Positions 46,843-58,239 of a stretch of 64,000 nucleotides of DNA are shown here, in pieces; the stretch's first letter is position 1; the number at the start of each line of letters is the position of its first letter. Below the pieces are notes generated by a model that did not search any database, was not told the origin of the DNA, and was given only the letters and a program-made list of their open reading frames with translations. Made by a program: the position numbers and the translations under genes. This stretch comes from Trueperaceae bacterium (lineage in GTDB: Bacteria > Deinococcota > Deinococci > Deinococcales > Trueperaceae): contig OZ243927.1 of NCBI GenBank assembly GCA_965213925.1, positions 576,001-640,000 of the forward strand. Reading direction: 5' to 3'.

Positions 46843-47991
46843 ATGCACTCATTTTCTTCCTCCGATAATGCGACGGCGTCCGACCAGGCTGACTTAGTGA
46901 GCTATAGGGGAGCGGCGCAAGAGAGCGAAATGCTCAACCAGTTGCGCTGGCGGGCTTCACAGCTCGTGCTCGTGATCAGCTCGCTCGCGATGGCGCTGCA
47001 GTCCCTCCTTTTCATCTTTGTAACGGGAACCATGAGCTACGGCGCAGCGGCGCTCCTAGCGGGGAGCCTCTGGTTCGCGCTGGGCGCGGTTGTTCAAGGG
47101 CTCGTGCGCCGCGTCTCCCCGCCCGTGGAGCGCCTAGGATACTTGGGCGCGCTCGCGCTCTTTTTAGGGTTCTACACGCGCACGATGGTCGGTATTTTCG
47201 CGTCTTCGCGTTCGCCGGGCGAGATGGGCGAAATTTTCCCCTGGTTCGCGACGGTCTTTATCGTGGCCTTTATCATCTATAGCGGGAGGATCGCCTTGCT
47301 GCTCTGCGGCGGCGTCGTGCTCTACACCTCGGGGTTGAGCGGCTACCTCATCCTGCGCGCGGCGCTACAGGGCGCGGAGGTTATGGCGCTCGAGGCGTCT
47401 TTAGACCTCTTCGCCGCCAACGTCATCTCGCTCCTCATGCTCTACGTGCTCAGGCGCACGACCGAGGCGTGGGCGAGAACGCAAGTCCGGGCGGAAGCGT
47501 TCGCCCAGCTCGCGAACGAGGACGCGCTCACAGGGCTCTATAACCGCCGCTATCTTAATGGGGCGCTCAAAGAGGAGCTAGAACGCGCCCGCCGCTACGA
47601 CCACCCGCTGAGCGCCGCGCTCTGCGACATCGACGAGTTTAAGCGCGTCAACGACCGCTTTTCGCACGGCGTCGGCGACCAGGTCCTCCAAGAGGTGGCG
47701 CGAATCATGGAGGGAAGCGTGCGCCGCGTCGATACGGTGGCGCGTTACGGCGGCGAGGAGTTCGTCCTCGTCTTCCCCGAGACCGAGGCGGCGCAGGCGC
47801 GTATCGTCTGTGAAAAGATTCGTAAAGAGGTGGAGCGCCACACCTGGACGCACCTCCACCCCGAGCTCAGCGTCACGCTCAGCGTCGGCGTAGCGAGCGG
47901 CAACCAGAGAACCCCGGAGCAGCTTCTTAGCGCCGCCGACCACAAGCTCTACGAGGCGAAGCGCGCGGGGCGAAACCGGGTGCGGCTCTAA
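46843..47991 (+). CDS. Membrane-bound diguanylate cyclase
   Basis: TM N-terminus, DALTGLYNRR, DIDEFKRVND, RxxD I-site and GGEEF. Confidence 0.93.
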   Translation: MHSFSSSDNATASDQADLVSYRGAAQESEMLNQLRWRASQLVLVISSLAMALQSLLFIFVTGTMSYGAAALLAGSLWFALGAVVQGLVRRVSPPVERLGYLGALALFLGFYTRTMVGIFASSRSPGEMGEIFPWFATVFIVAFIIYSGRIALLLCGGVVLYTSGLSGYLILRAALQGAEVMALEASLDLFAANVISLLMLYVLRRTTEAWARTQVRAEAFAQLANEDALTGLYNRRYLNGALKEELERARRYDHPLSAALCDIDEFKRVNDRFSHGVGDQVLQEVARIMEGSVRRVDTVARYGGEEFVLVFPETEAAQARIVCEKIRKEVERHTWTHLHPELSVTLSVGVASGNQRTPEQLLSAADHKLYEAKRAGRNRVRL

Positions 47992-48401
47992 GCGCCGCGC
48001 TTACCCAAACTCACGAAGAGCAGCGCCCAGCCGACGAGCTGCAATACGCCGCCGATAGGCGTAACTGCGCCGAGCCAAGAAACGCCGCTCAACACAAGGA
48101 TGTAGAGGCTTCCTGAAAAGACGAGGCTGCCAACGAAGATGAAGAGCGCGGCGCGGCGCGCTTTCACAGGTAACGCGCCGATCGCTAAGAGCGCGAGCGC
48201 GTGATACATCTGGTAGCGCACACCCGTCTCGAAGGTCTCTAGGCGTTCCGGCGTGAGGACGCCCTCCAAACTGTGCGCCCCAAAGGCGCCTAAGCCAACC
48301 CCGATAAACGCCAACACCGCCCCAAGTCGCGCGGGCTGAACTTCAAACCCTCTTGCCCCTTGCATCTCTCTACTTGCCATCATCCAAACCTTTCCGCTCA
48401 A
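47988..48401 (-). CDS. DUF423 family membrane protein
   Basis: GAFGAH, FETGVRYQMYH, FSGSLY and TPIGG. Confidence 0.9.
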   Translation of the reverse strand: MSGKVWMMASREMQGARGFEVQPARLGAVLAFIGVGLGAFGAHSLEGVLTPERLETFETGVRYQMYHALALLAIGALPVKARRAALFIFVGSLVFSGSLYILVLSGVSWLGAVTPIGGVLQLVGWALLFVSLGKRGA

Positions 48402-48410
48402 ACCTTTCCG

Positions 48411-49112
48411 TTATGCGGCGACCTCTTCTCTCGTTTCGGCAGGCGTGCGCTCACCTTTAAGGACGCCGTCCGCAAGTTCTAACACGACGTCCACCTTCTC
48501 CGCCAAACGGGGGTCATGCGTCACGACGATCACCGTGCGCCCCTCTTCGGCAACTTCTCGCAAGGTCTGCAACACGACCGCGCCACTTTTTGAGTCTAAA
48601 TTTCCGGTGGGCTCATCAGCGAAGACGACAGACGGGTTGTTCGCCAACGCCCGCGCCACGCTGACCCGCTGCCGCTCGCCCCCTGAAAGCTTGTAAGGAA
48701 GATGGTTCGCCCGCTCAGCGAGCCCGAACCGCGCCAACAGAGCGAGCGCTCTCTCCTTGCGTGCCGCCGCGTCTACGCCCGCGAGTCCCATAGGAAAGGC
48801 AACGTTTTGCTGCGCGTTTAAGACGGCGACTAAGTTATAAGACTGAAAGACGAAGCCGAACTCGCGTAACCGCAACTCAGAGCGCCTGTTTTCGCCCAAG
48901 CTGCTAACCTCTTTGCTATCTAGGATGACGCTGCCGCGAGAGGGCACGTCCAAACCTGCTAAAAGGTTGAGAAGCGTAGACTTCCCCGAGCCCGACGGGC
49001 CCATGATGGCAGTGACTTTGCCCGCCCGAAAGGCGTAGCTGAAACCCGCTAAAGCGGTCACATCGCCGGAGGGGTCTTTATACACTTTGCTGAGGTCAGA
49101 AGCGCTGAGCAC
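48411..49112 (-). CDS. LolD/MacB-type ABC ATP-binding protein
   Basis: GPSGSGKS, LSGGERQR, ADEPTGNLD and VTHD. Confidence 0.95.
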   Translation of the reverse strand: MLSASDLSKVYKDPSGDVTALAGFSYAFRAGKVTAIMGPSGSGKSTLLNLLAGLDVPSRGSVILDSKEVSSLGENRRSELRLREFGFVFQSYNLVAVLNAQQNVAFPMGLAGVDAAARKERALALLARFGLAERANHLPYKLSGGERQRVSVARALANNPSVVFADEPTGNLDSKSGAVVLQTLREVAEEGRTVIVVTHDPRLAEKVDVVLELADGVLKGERTPAETREEVAA

Positions 49113-49340
49113 GCTTTAGAGCATAACGCGCACGGCGTGAACCGTTTGCAAGCTGCCTTGCGTAAAGTTTCACGTTTGAAAAGTAGTTGAAAGCAACCCA
49201 GTCGAGCTGGGCGAACGGTGAGCAATAAGTTGAAAGTAAAAGACTTTTATCTTCACTCATTGCGGGCGGTCTCCCTGCGGTCGGAGCATTGCTCGGAACT
49301 CATTGCTATCTTAGACTCGCCGACAGCCGTTGTAGTAATA

Positions 49341-49964
49341 TTAGTCGTCCCCCTCTACCTCTTCGGAACTGCTAGCGACCTCTTCAGAGGGCGGTTCAGG
49401 CTGGCGTAAATCCAGCCCGTTCGTCCGGTTCGTCGCCCTCGCCAACCCCTCATTCAGCATCAGCTCGATCCCGTCCGCTGCGCGGCGAACGACCTCTTCG
49501 AAAAGCTCACGCTCATCCTCGCGAAAGCGGCTCAAGACCCAGTTTTCCACCTTCCAGCCCTCGGGCGGACGACTGACGCCCACCTTGAGCCGGTGAAAGT
49601 CCGCGCCGACTCGGTTTTTAATGTCCGCCACGCCGCGCTGACCGCCCGCGCCGCCCCCGGTCTTAAAGCGGAGGCGACCGAGGGGCATGTCCAGGTCGTC
49701 GTGGACGACGAGCACCTCTCCCGGTGCGAGCCCCTGTTTGGTCATAGTCGACTGCACCGCGCTTCCCGAAGCGTTCATAAAGGTGAGCGGCTTGATGAGG
49801 CGCAGCGCACCCCACCGGACCTCTTCCGCTTGTTTCCCTTTGCGAAAGCTGAGCGCGTGCCGCCGCGTAAGTTCGTCCAGCACAAGAAACCCGGCGTTGT
49901 GCCGGGTGTTCTGGTAGCGCGGTCCGGGGTTGCCTAAACCGACGATGAGTTTGATGTCAGACAT
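49341..49964 (-). CDS. pth: Peptidyl-tRNA hydrolase
   Basis: GLGNPG...TRHNAGF, KPLTFMNASG and VHDDLD. Confidence 0.95.
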   Translation of the reverse strand: MSDIKLIVGLGNPGPRYQNTRHNAGFLVLDELTRRHALSFRKGKQAEEVRWGALRLIKPLTFMNASGSAVQSTMTKQGLAPGEVLVVHDDLDMPLGRLRFKTGGGAGGQRGVADIKNRVGADFHRLKVGVSRPPEGWKVENWVLSRFREDERELFEEVVRRAADGIELMLNEGLARATNRTNGLDLRQPEPPSEEVASSSEEVEGDD

Positions 49965-50602
49965 TATTCAGCAGAGGTGTCTTCCTCTGACTCCTCTGAG
50001 ATTTCGTCATCTTGACCGATAACTTCAGGCTGCGTGACCTCTTCCTCGGCAGGTTCCTCTTCAACGGCGCGCGGCGCTAAGACCGTGATAAGCGTGCGCT
50101 CAGGCTCGTCTAAGATTTCCGCTTCCGAGGGCAGCATCGGAATAACATCCGAGATGTGGATGGAGTCGCCGATTTCCAAGTCGCTTACGTCTACCTCTAA
50201 GTTGTTGGGGATGAGGCGCGGCAAGATATTGATGCGCACGTCGCGGCGCTGGATGTCCACCTGACCGCCCTGCTTAGCTCCTGCGGGCGTGCCCACGAAG
50301 TCGACGACAACGGCCACCTCGACGACTTGACCCGCGGTGACCGCGTAAAAGTCCACGTGGATGGGCTCGCGGCGGCGCTTATTCATCTGCACGGCGCGGA
50401 CCAGCACGTCGTGGCTCTCGCCGTCGATTTCCAAGTCGATGATGTTCGAGGTGCCCTGCGAGCGAAACGCCTTGTCGAACGCTCTCGTCTCGATGCTCAC
50501 GGGAATGTTGGTCTCTTTGTTGTAGACCACGCCGGGCAGGTGCCCCGTTTTGCGGACGGCGCTCGCCTCTCCGGGCGTACGTTTTTCTGCGACTAACTTC
50601 AT
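49964..50602 (-). CDS. rplY: 50S ribosomal protein L25/Ctc
   Basis: PGVVY, HVDFY, G...GAKQGG and VDVSDLEIGDSIH; acidic tail. Confidence 0.95.
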   Translation of the reverse strand: MKLVAEKRTPGEASAVRKTGHLPGVVYNKETNIPVSIETRAFDKAFRSQGTSNIIDLEIDGESHDVLVRAVQMNKRRREPIHVDFYAVTAGQVVEVAVVVDFVGTPAGAKQGGQVDIQRRDVRINILPRLIPNNLEVDVSDLEIGDSIHISDVIPMLPSEAEILDEPERTLITVLAPRAVEEEPAEEEVTQPEVIGQDDEISEESEEDTSAE

Positions 50603-50845
50603 GCTTCCTCCTTCTAATGTCTAACTCGTAATCCTTGTCTTTTGGTGTTGGGGATGACGGGTATACCCGCTTGGTTCTATATTAACGTGCGTTCGAATCT
50701 CTTCAACTCGTTTTCTGAGCGTAGCGCCCAGCAACAAGCGGTGATGATACCACTAAATGCCCCAAGCTAATGCTGCCTACGAAATTTCCCTTACAGACCT
50801 CTTTGCTCGAGGCTCGTGAGATCTGCTCAAACCTTCGAACCTCAT

Positions 50846-51004
50846 TAGACCTCCTGCAAAAGTCCCTCTCGCTCCGCCTGTTGCGTTGCTTCGCATCACT
50901 TCGTGCACTGCTCATATTCGTAAGGCTGACGCCCGACCGCGTGAACTGCTCGGCGAAAGCGTGAGCCGGGCATTCGCCCGGCTCACGCTTTCGCAAGAGG
51001 TCTA
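50846..51004. mobile_element. MITE-like element with an internal perfect 19-bp hairpin
   Basis: Terminal IR TAGACCTCCTGCAAAAG / CTTTCGCAAGAGGTCTA (15/17 match); hairpin at 50953-50994. Confidence 0.6.
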
Positions 51005-51044
51005 TTACTTAGAGCGATTTTCAAAGTTACTGAGGAGGTGTCAT

Positions 51045-51125
51045 GCAGATATCATCTTTGAATGTGCGGGCTGAAGTGATACTTTAGCCCCTGAGCGCGT
51101 TTGTGACCAGATGACATCCCGCTAG
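51045..51125. repeat. ~80-nt nested-hairpin element, copy A
   Basis: Direct repeat with 52371-52450. Confidence 0.75.
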
Positions 51126-51166
51126 CCTCACGGCTGAGTGCGCGAAGCTTCCGAAGGAACCTGCTA

Positions 51167-52171
51167 TCACGTCTGAAAAAGCTGACTCACCGAGTCGTTC
51201 TCGTGGACGTTGTGGATGGCTTTGGCTAAGAGCGGCGCGACCGAGAGCACCTTGATATGCTCGTGCTGTCCCTCGATCGGCACGGTATCGGTCACGAACA
51301 CCTCGCTGATCGCGTCGTGGCTGAGCCGCTCCAGGGCGGGCGGCGTAAACACGGGATGTGTCGCCGCGACGCGCACGTCGGGCTGCGCGCCTAAGTCTAA
51401 AAGTGCTTCGACCGCTCTCGTGATCGTTCCAGCAGTTGAAATCATATCGTCCGCAATGATGGGGCGTTTGCCCTCGACCTCACCGATGACGTGGGTCACG
51501 CTCGTCTCGGTAGGGCTGCTGCGGCGCTTATACAAAATAGAGAGAGGTAGCCCCAAGTGGTTCGCGAGCCGCCGCGCTTCGGTCGCCCTGCCCACGTCGG
51601 GCGAGACGACGACGCTGTCTTGGAGGTCCGCCTTCTCTAAGTGACCACCCAAGATACCGAGCGCCGTCAGGTGATCTACTGGCACGTCGAAGAAACCCTG
51701 AATCTGCCCCGCGTGCAGGTCCACCGTGATGACCCTGTTCACGCCCGCCGTCTGCAAGATATTCGCCACGAGTTTCGCCGTGATCGGCTCTCTCGCTTGC
51801 ACCTTCTTATCTTGCCGCGCGTAGCCGAAGTACGGCACTACCGCGTTGATGCGCCAAGCCGAGGCGCGGCGTAAGGCGTCCGCGAAGACGAGGAGTTCCA
51901 TGAGGTTGTGGTTCACGGGCGAACAGGTGGACTGGACGATGTAGCAGTCCGCGCCGCGTACCGACTCCTCGATCTGCACCCGGCTTTCGCCGTCTGGAAA
52001 CTGTGCGACCCAACCCTTCGACAGTTCACGCCCTAAGTGTTTCGCAACCGAGGTCGCGAGTTCGGGGGTCGCGCTGCCGCAAAAGATTTTAACTTCGTCG
52101 CCAGTATTCATGACGCGACCTGGCAAGTTAGGGCGCTCATTTGGATGGTAGACAAGGGAAACCTCACTCAA
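51167..52171 (-). CDS. prs: Ribose-phosphate pyrophosphokinase (start may be ATG 52111)
   Basis: FPDGE, PYFGYARQD, DLHAGQIQGFF, SPDVG and DDMISTAGT. Confidence 0.95.
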   Translation of the reverse strand: MSEVSLVYHPNERPNLPGRVMNTGDEVKIFCGSATPELATSVAKHLGRELSKGWVAQFPDGESRVQIEESVRGADCYIVQSTCSPVNHNLMELLVFADALRRASAWRINAVVPYFGYARQDKKVQAREPITAKLVANILQTAGVNRVITVDLHAGQIQGFFDVPVDHLTALGILGGHLEKADLQDSVVVSPDVGRATEARRLANHLGLPLSILYKRRSSPTETSVTHVIGEVEGKRPIIADDMISTAGTITRAVEALLDLGAQPDVRVAATHPVFTPPALERLSHDAISEVFVTDTVPIEGQHEHIKVLSVAPLLAKAIHNVHENDSVSQLFQT

Positions 52172-52370
52172 GCGTTTTGGACGAGATCGTGGCTTGACAA
52201 AACGTCAAAATGCCAAAGGTGAGTATACACAGAAAAATGCGCAGGCGCAAAAGAGGGCTCACGGGTTGTGAAACTTTATACCCTATTGCCATAACACCGC
52301 TCGGCCTGCTAAGCTATCTCTTCGGAGCGCTCAGCTTCATTAGTTTTATAATAAGCTGAGATGGATGGAC

Positions 52371-52450
52371 GCAGATATCATCTTTCAACGTGCATGTTGA
52401 GCTTTGCTTAACTAGGCTGAGCGCGTTTTTAGTCAGATGATACCTGCTAG
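52371..52450. repeat. ~80-nt nested-hairpin element, copy B, ending 4 nt before tRNA-Leu
   Basis: GCAGATATCATCT...AGATGATACCTGC outer stem; homologous to copy A. Confidence 0.75.
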
Positions 52451-52454
52451 TCTT

Positions 52455-52538
52455 GCCGAGGTGGCGGAACCGGTAGACGCGCTAGATTCAGGTTCTAGTC
52501 CTCTTTGGAGGGTGAGAGTTCAAGTCTCTTCCTCGGCA
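52455..52538 (+). tRNA. tRNA-Leu(CAG), CCA not encoded
   Basis: Acceptor stem GCCGAGG/CCTCGGC with discriminator A; anticodon arm CTAGA-TTCAGGT-TCTAG; long variable arm; TTCAAGT T-loop. Confidence 0.95.
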
Positions 52539-52801
52539 TTACACCGAAACATGAGTCGTCCCGAATTCTAGGATGACGGAGCCGAACTCCTCTCGCTAGG
52601 GGAGGAAACGGACCTACTCACCCGACTTAAGGATTTGCGCGTCGAAGCGAGAAGCGTGTTTGACGGCGGTGCAGTTTTTACAGTCACGTTCTCGGTGACG
52701 CTCGACCAGACTTTGCGCCGTCGGCTAGATGTAAAAAGCGGTGAGTACGTCTCGGCGTGTTTCGGAACTGCTGCAATAGCTAAACTTCGTAAGCGGCGTA
52801 A

Positions 52802-52860
52802 TTGACCCCCCTCGAGATTCGCGCTATACTTCTACTCATACCCACCCCCCTAGGGGTGGT
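52802..52860 (+). promoter_or_regulatory. copA promoter with a CsoR-like C/G-tract operator
   Basis: TTGACC-17nt-TATACT followed by the pseudo-palindrome TACCCACCCCCCTAGGGGTGGT. Confidence 0.6.
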
Positions 52861-52887
52861 GCAGGGTTAATTCGAAAGGATATCGGT

Positions 52888-55383
<2,496 letters not shown>

Positions 55384-55505
55384 GGAATGATGAGGTTATA
55401 CCGTTTTCGGGCAATTCCCGTAGGAATTATACGGAATTGCACAGCTTACTTATCCTTACGGAGGGCGTTAGAGCTTTTCAGCGGAGCGCCGAGTTTACGT
55501 CATAC

Positions 55506-56363
55506 TTAGCTCGAGACCCCCACCACCTCCGACAACCTCTCACCGCTTCGCGTATGCCGAAACCACGACCACGCGGTTCGCGGCGCACGTCCGTCCACGT
55601 TCGGCGCGGCGCGGTTTGCCGTAACGTCGTCCGAGTTGACGGTTCTCGTTTCGACGCTAAAACGGGCCGCGCCGGAGGTATTGGGCACGCTCGCGTGCAG
55701 GTGTGCGCCCGAAAAGGCTAAGAGGTCGCCGGGCTCCAAGAGGATTCTTAGTTCGTTCTCTGCCGTCTCCAAAGGCTCCGGCACGAGCGGCAAGCTCGGC
55801 GGCTCGCCCGCGCGTCTCTCTGCGCGGATGACCTCTAAGTCCCAAATGTCAGTACTGTTCTGAACCGGTTTATCCCAATAGGAGGGAAAAAAGGTGATAG
55901 TGCGCTCCGCCGTAAGCGGGTAAATAGGAGCCCACCAGTTCACAGCCTGATAGACGTTTGAGCCCCAGGTGTCGCGGTGGGCTTTGAGGGCTCTGGGGTT
56001 GTCCCCTGTATAGTCGCTGCCGTGCGGCGACACGCGGAAGAAGAGTTTGTCCCAATAGGTTTGTTCTACGTCAACGCCGACTTGAGCGAGCGCTTCCAAG
56101 AAAGTCTCTCTCGCTCCGGGATGTTTCGCCACTGTTTTTTGTAACGTATCCACTTTACCGCTAAACGTCGCTTCATCAAGGTCGAACTGGGCGGTGGTAG
56201 GCTCGAGCCCGCCAAAGACCTCTTGCGCCAGCTCGTCCACTAGATCACAGAAGTCGTACACCGCCGGAACCGCCTTAAAGATGAGGAGTGCGCCGCCGAA
56301 AAGCTGCTCGCTGAGCGAGCGCTGTGACGTGGCTTTCGTGAGAACTTGCAAAGACGGGGGCAT
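55506..56363 (-). CDS. Hypothetical protein, probable Fe(II)/2-oxoglutarate dioxygenase fold
   Basis: HRD...NWWAP...HLH...RFSVETR facial-triad-like pattern; GGAGG RBS. Confidence 0.55.
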   Translation of the reverse strand: MPPSLQVLTKATSQRSLSEQLFGGALLIFKAVPAVYDFCDLVDELAQEVFGGLEPTTAQFDLDEATFSGKVDTLQKTVAKHPGARETFLEALAQVGVDVEQTYWDKLFFRVSPHGSDYTGDNPRALKAHRDTWGSNVYQAVNWWAPIYPLTAERTITFFPSYWDKPVQNSTDIWDLEVIRAERRAGEPPSLPLVPEPLETAENELRILLEPGDLLAFSGAHLHASVPNTSGAARFSVETRTVNSDDVTANRAAPNVDGRAPRTAWSWFRHTRSGERLSEVVGVSS

Positions 56364-56408
56364 ATGGACCTCCTCTTTTGCTTTTTATTTTATCCTACTG
56401 GCACGAAG

Positions 56409-56437
56409 GAGGCTCGAGCCTCATGGACTCGAGCCTC
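56409..56437 (-). terminator. Hairpin downstream of the BCCT gene
   Basis: GAGGCTCGAG-9nt-CTCGAGCCTC. Confidence 0.5.
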
Positions 56438-56465
56438 TCTGTAAAGCTCAGGTCAGCCTCCCAAC

Positions 56466-58070
56466 TCAATCGGTTGGCGCGGCTGCCTCCTGCGACGTGT
56501 CGGGCAAGACCTCTTCCCTAAACTCCGTCTGCAAACCTTTATAGAGACTGATACACATGAGCAGGACCACCACGGCGAAGGGCAAACCGAGCGTAATCGC
56601 GGCGGTCTGCAAGGCGGAGAGCCCGCCGCCGATAAGGAGCACCGCCGCCACCGTTCCCTCCGTCACCGCCCAGAAAATCCTCTGGGTGACGGGCGCGTCC
56701 TCTTTGCCGCCAGCCGTGATGCTGTCGATGACCAGTGAGCCCGAGTCCGACGAGGTGATAAAAAAGGTCATGACCAGCAGGATGCCTAAAAGCGAGGCGA
56801 CGCGCCCGAAAGGAAGCTGGTCGAACATGACGAAGAGCGCCGTGGAGATGTCCGCGTTGACCGCCCCGACGATGTCGCCGACGCCGCCCAGCGCCTGAGA
56901 GAGCGCCGTGCCGCCGAAGGCGGAAAACCAGAAGAAGGAGACGATGCTCGGCACGATCAAAACGCCCAGCATAAACTGCTTGACGGTGCGCCCCTTCGAG
57001 ACGCGGGCGATGAACATACCCACGAAAGGCGACCAGGAAATCCACCACGCCCAGTAGAAGACCGTCCAGCTATTCTGCCAACTGCCGCCCTCGTACGCCT
57101 CGCCCCAGGTACTCATAAAGGCTAAGTTCTGCAAGTAGAACCCGACGTTTTGGATGAACCCGTTGAGGATAAAGAGCGTCGGACCCGCGATCACCACGAA
57201 CGCTAAAAGCACCACGGCGATGTTGATATTCAGCTCGCTGAGCCGCCGGACGCCGCCGTCGAGTCCTGCGACAACAGAAAGCGTCGCGATACCCGTGATG
57301 ATGGCGATGAGGATGACCTGCGTCGTGACCGAGTCGGGGATGCCGAAGAGGTAGTTCATCCCCGCGTTGGCTTGCCCGACGCCCAAGCCGAGCGACGTCG
57401 CCAGGCCGAAGAGCGTCGCTAACACCGCCAAGGTGTCGATAACGTCGCCGGGCCAGCTATAGATGCGCTCCCCTAAGAGGGGATAGAAGGCTGAGCGCAC
57501 CGTAAGGGGCAGCCCCCAGTTGTAGGCGAAAAAGGCGAGCGCCAAACCCACGACCGCATAGATCGCCCACGCATGGATGCCCCAGTGAAAAAACGTGACC
57601 GCCGTCGCGACTTGCGCCGCGTCCGGTGTGCCCGCTTCGGCTAGAAAGGGCGGCGTAGAGAAGTGCAAGACGGGCTCCGCCACGCCGTAGAACATGATGC
57701 CGATGCCCATGCCCGCGCTGAAGAGCATGGCGAACCACGCCCACAGGGTGAATTCCGGCTCCGCGTCCTGCCCGCCGATGCGCACCTTTCCGAAGCGGCT
57801 GAACGCCAGAAAGAAGGCGAATAGAACGAAGATATTCGCCGCGATGATGAGCAGCCAGCCGAACTTGTTCGCGATAAAGGCTTGCATGGCGCTGAAGACG
57901 CTCGCCGCTTGATCTTGATAGGCGAGCGTCAAAACGACCATGACGATGATGAGCGCGCTCGAGACGAAAAACACCGGGTTATGTACGTCGAAGCCCGCAA
58001 ACTGAACGTTTCTCGCGCCGATGTCGTGGTCTGCCTCCTTGCCCGTTTTGTTGCCTTCTTTCAGTGCCAT
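56466..58070 (-). CDS. BCCT family (betaine/choline/carnitine) transporter
   Basis: MLFSAGMGIG, FHWGIHAW, WTVFYWAWWISWSPFVGMFIARVS and TSSDS. Confidence 0.95.
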   Translation of the reverse strand: MALKEGNKTGKEADHDIGARNVQFAGFDVHNPVFFVSSALIIVMVVLTLAYQDQAASVFSAMQAFIANKFGWLLIIAANIFVLFAFFLAFSRFGKVRIGGQDAEPEFTLWAWFAMLFSAGMGIGIMFYGVAEPVLHFSTPPFLAEAGTPDAAQVATAVTFFHWGIHAWAIYAVVGLALAFFAYNWGLPLTVRSAFYPLLGERIYSWPGDVIDTLAVLATLFGLATSLGLGVGQANAGMNYLFGIPDSVTTQVILIAIITGIATLSVVAGLDGGVRRLSELNINIAVVLLAFVVIAGPTLFILNGFIQNVGFYLQNLAFMSTWGEAYEGGSWQNSWTVFYWAWWISWSPFVGMFIARVSKGRTVKQFMLGVLIVPSIVSFFWFSAFGGTALSQALGGVGDIVGAVNADISTALFVMFDQLPFGRVASLLGILLVMTFFITSSDSGSLVIDSITAGGKEDAPVTQRIFWAVTEGTVAAVLLIGGGLSALQTAAITLGLPFAVVVLLMCISLYKGLQTEFREEVLPDTSQEAAAPTD

Positions 58071-58239
58071 AAAGCTCCTTTCGCCACTCCCCCGAACTGT
58101 CAAACGTGGAACCGACCTCTTCATTGCTGATGAACACGTCGCTAAGAGAAAAGACGATAACGCTGTGTGGACGGGCGTACAGAGCAGTATAGCACCAAGG
58201 TGTGGAACGACAAATTTTATAGATAATTAGGGCAGGCAG

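Noticed and set aside
51045..52450. Integron attC sites, or leader peptides in the duplicated element
   Set aside because: There are no RYYYAAC/GTTRRRY ends and no integrase; the short ATG-led ORFs in the two copies are in different frames and not conserved.
52455..52538. Prophage or ICE attachment site at tRNA-Leu
   Set aside because: No duplicated tRNA 3' end or integrase was found in the window.
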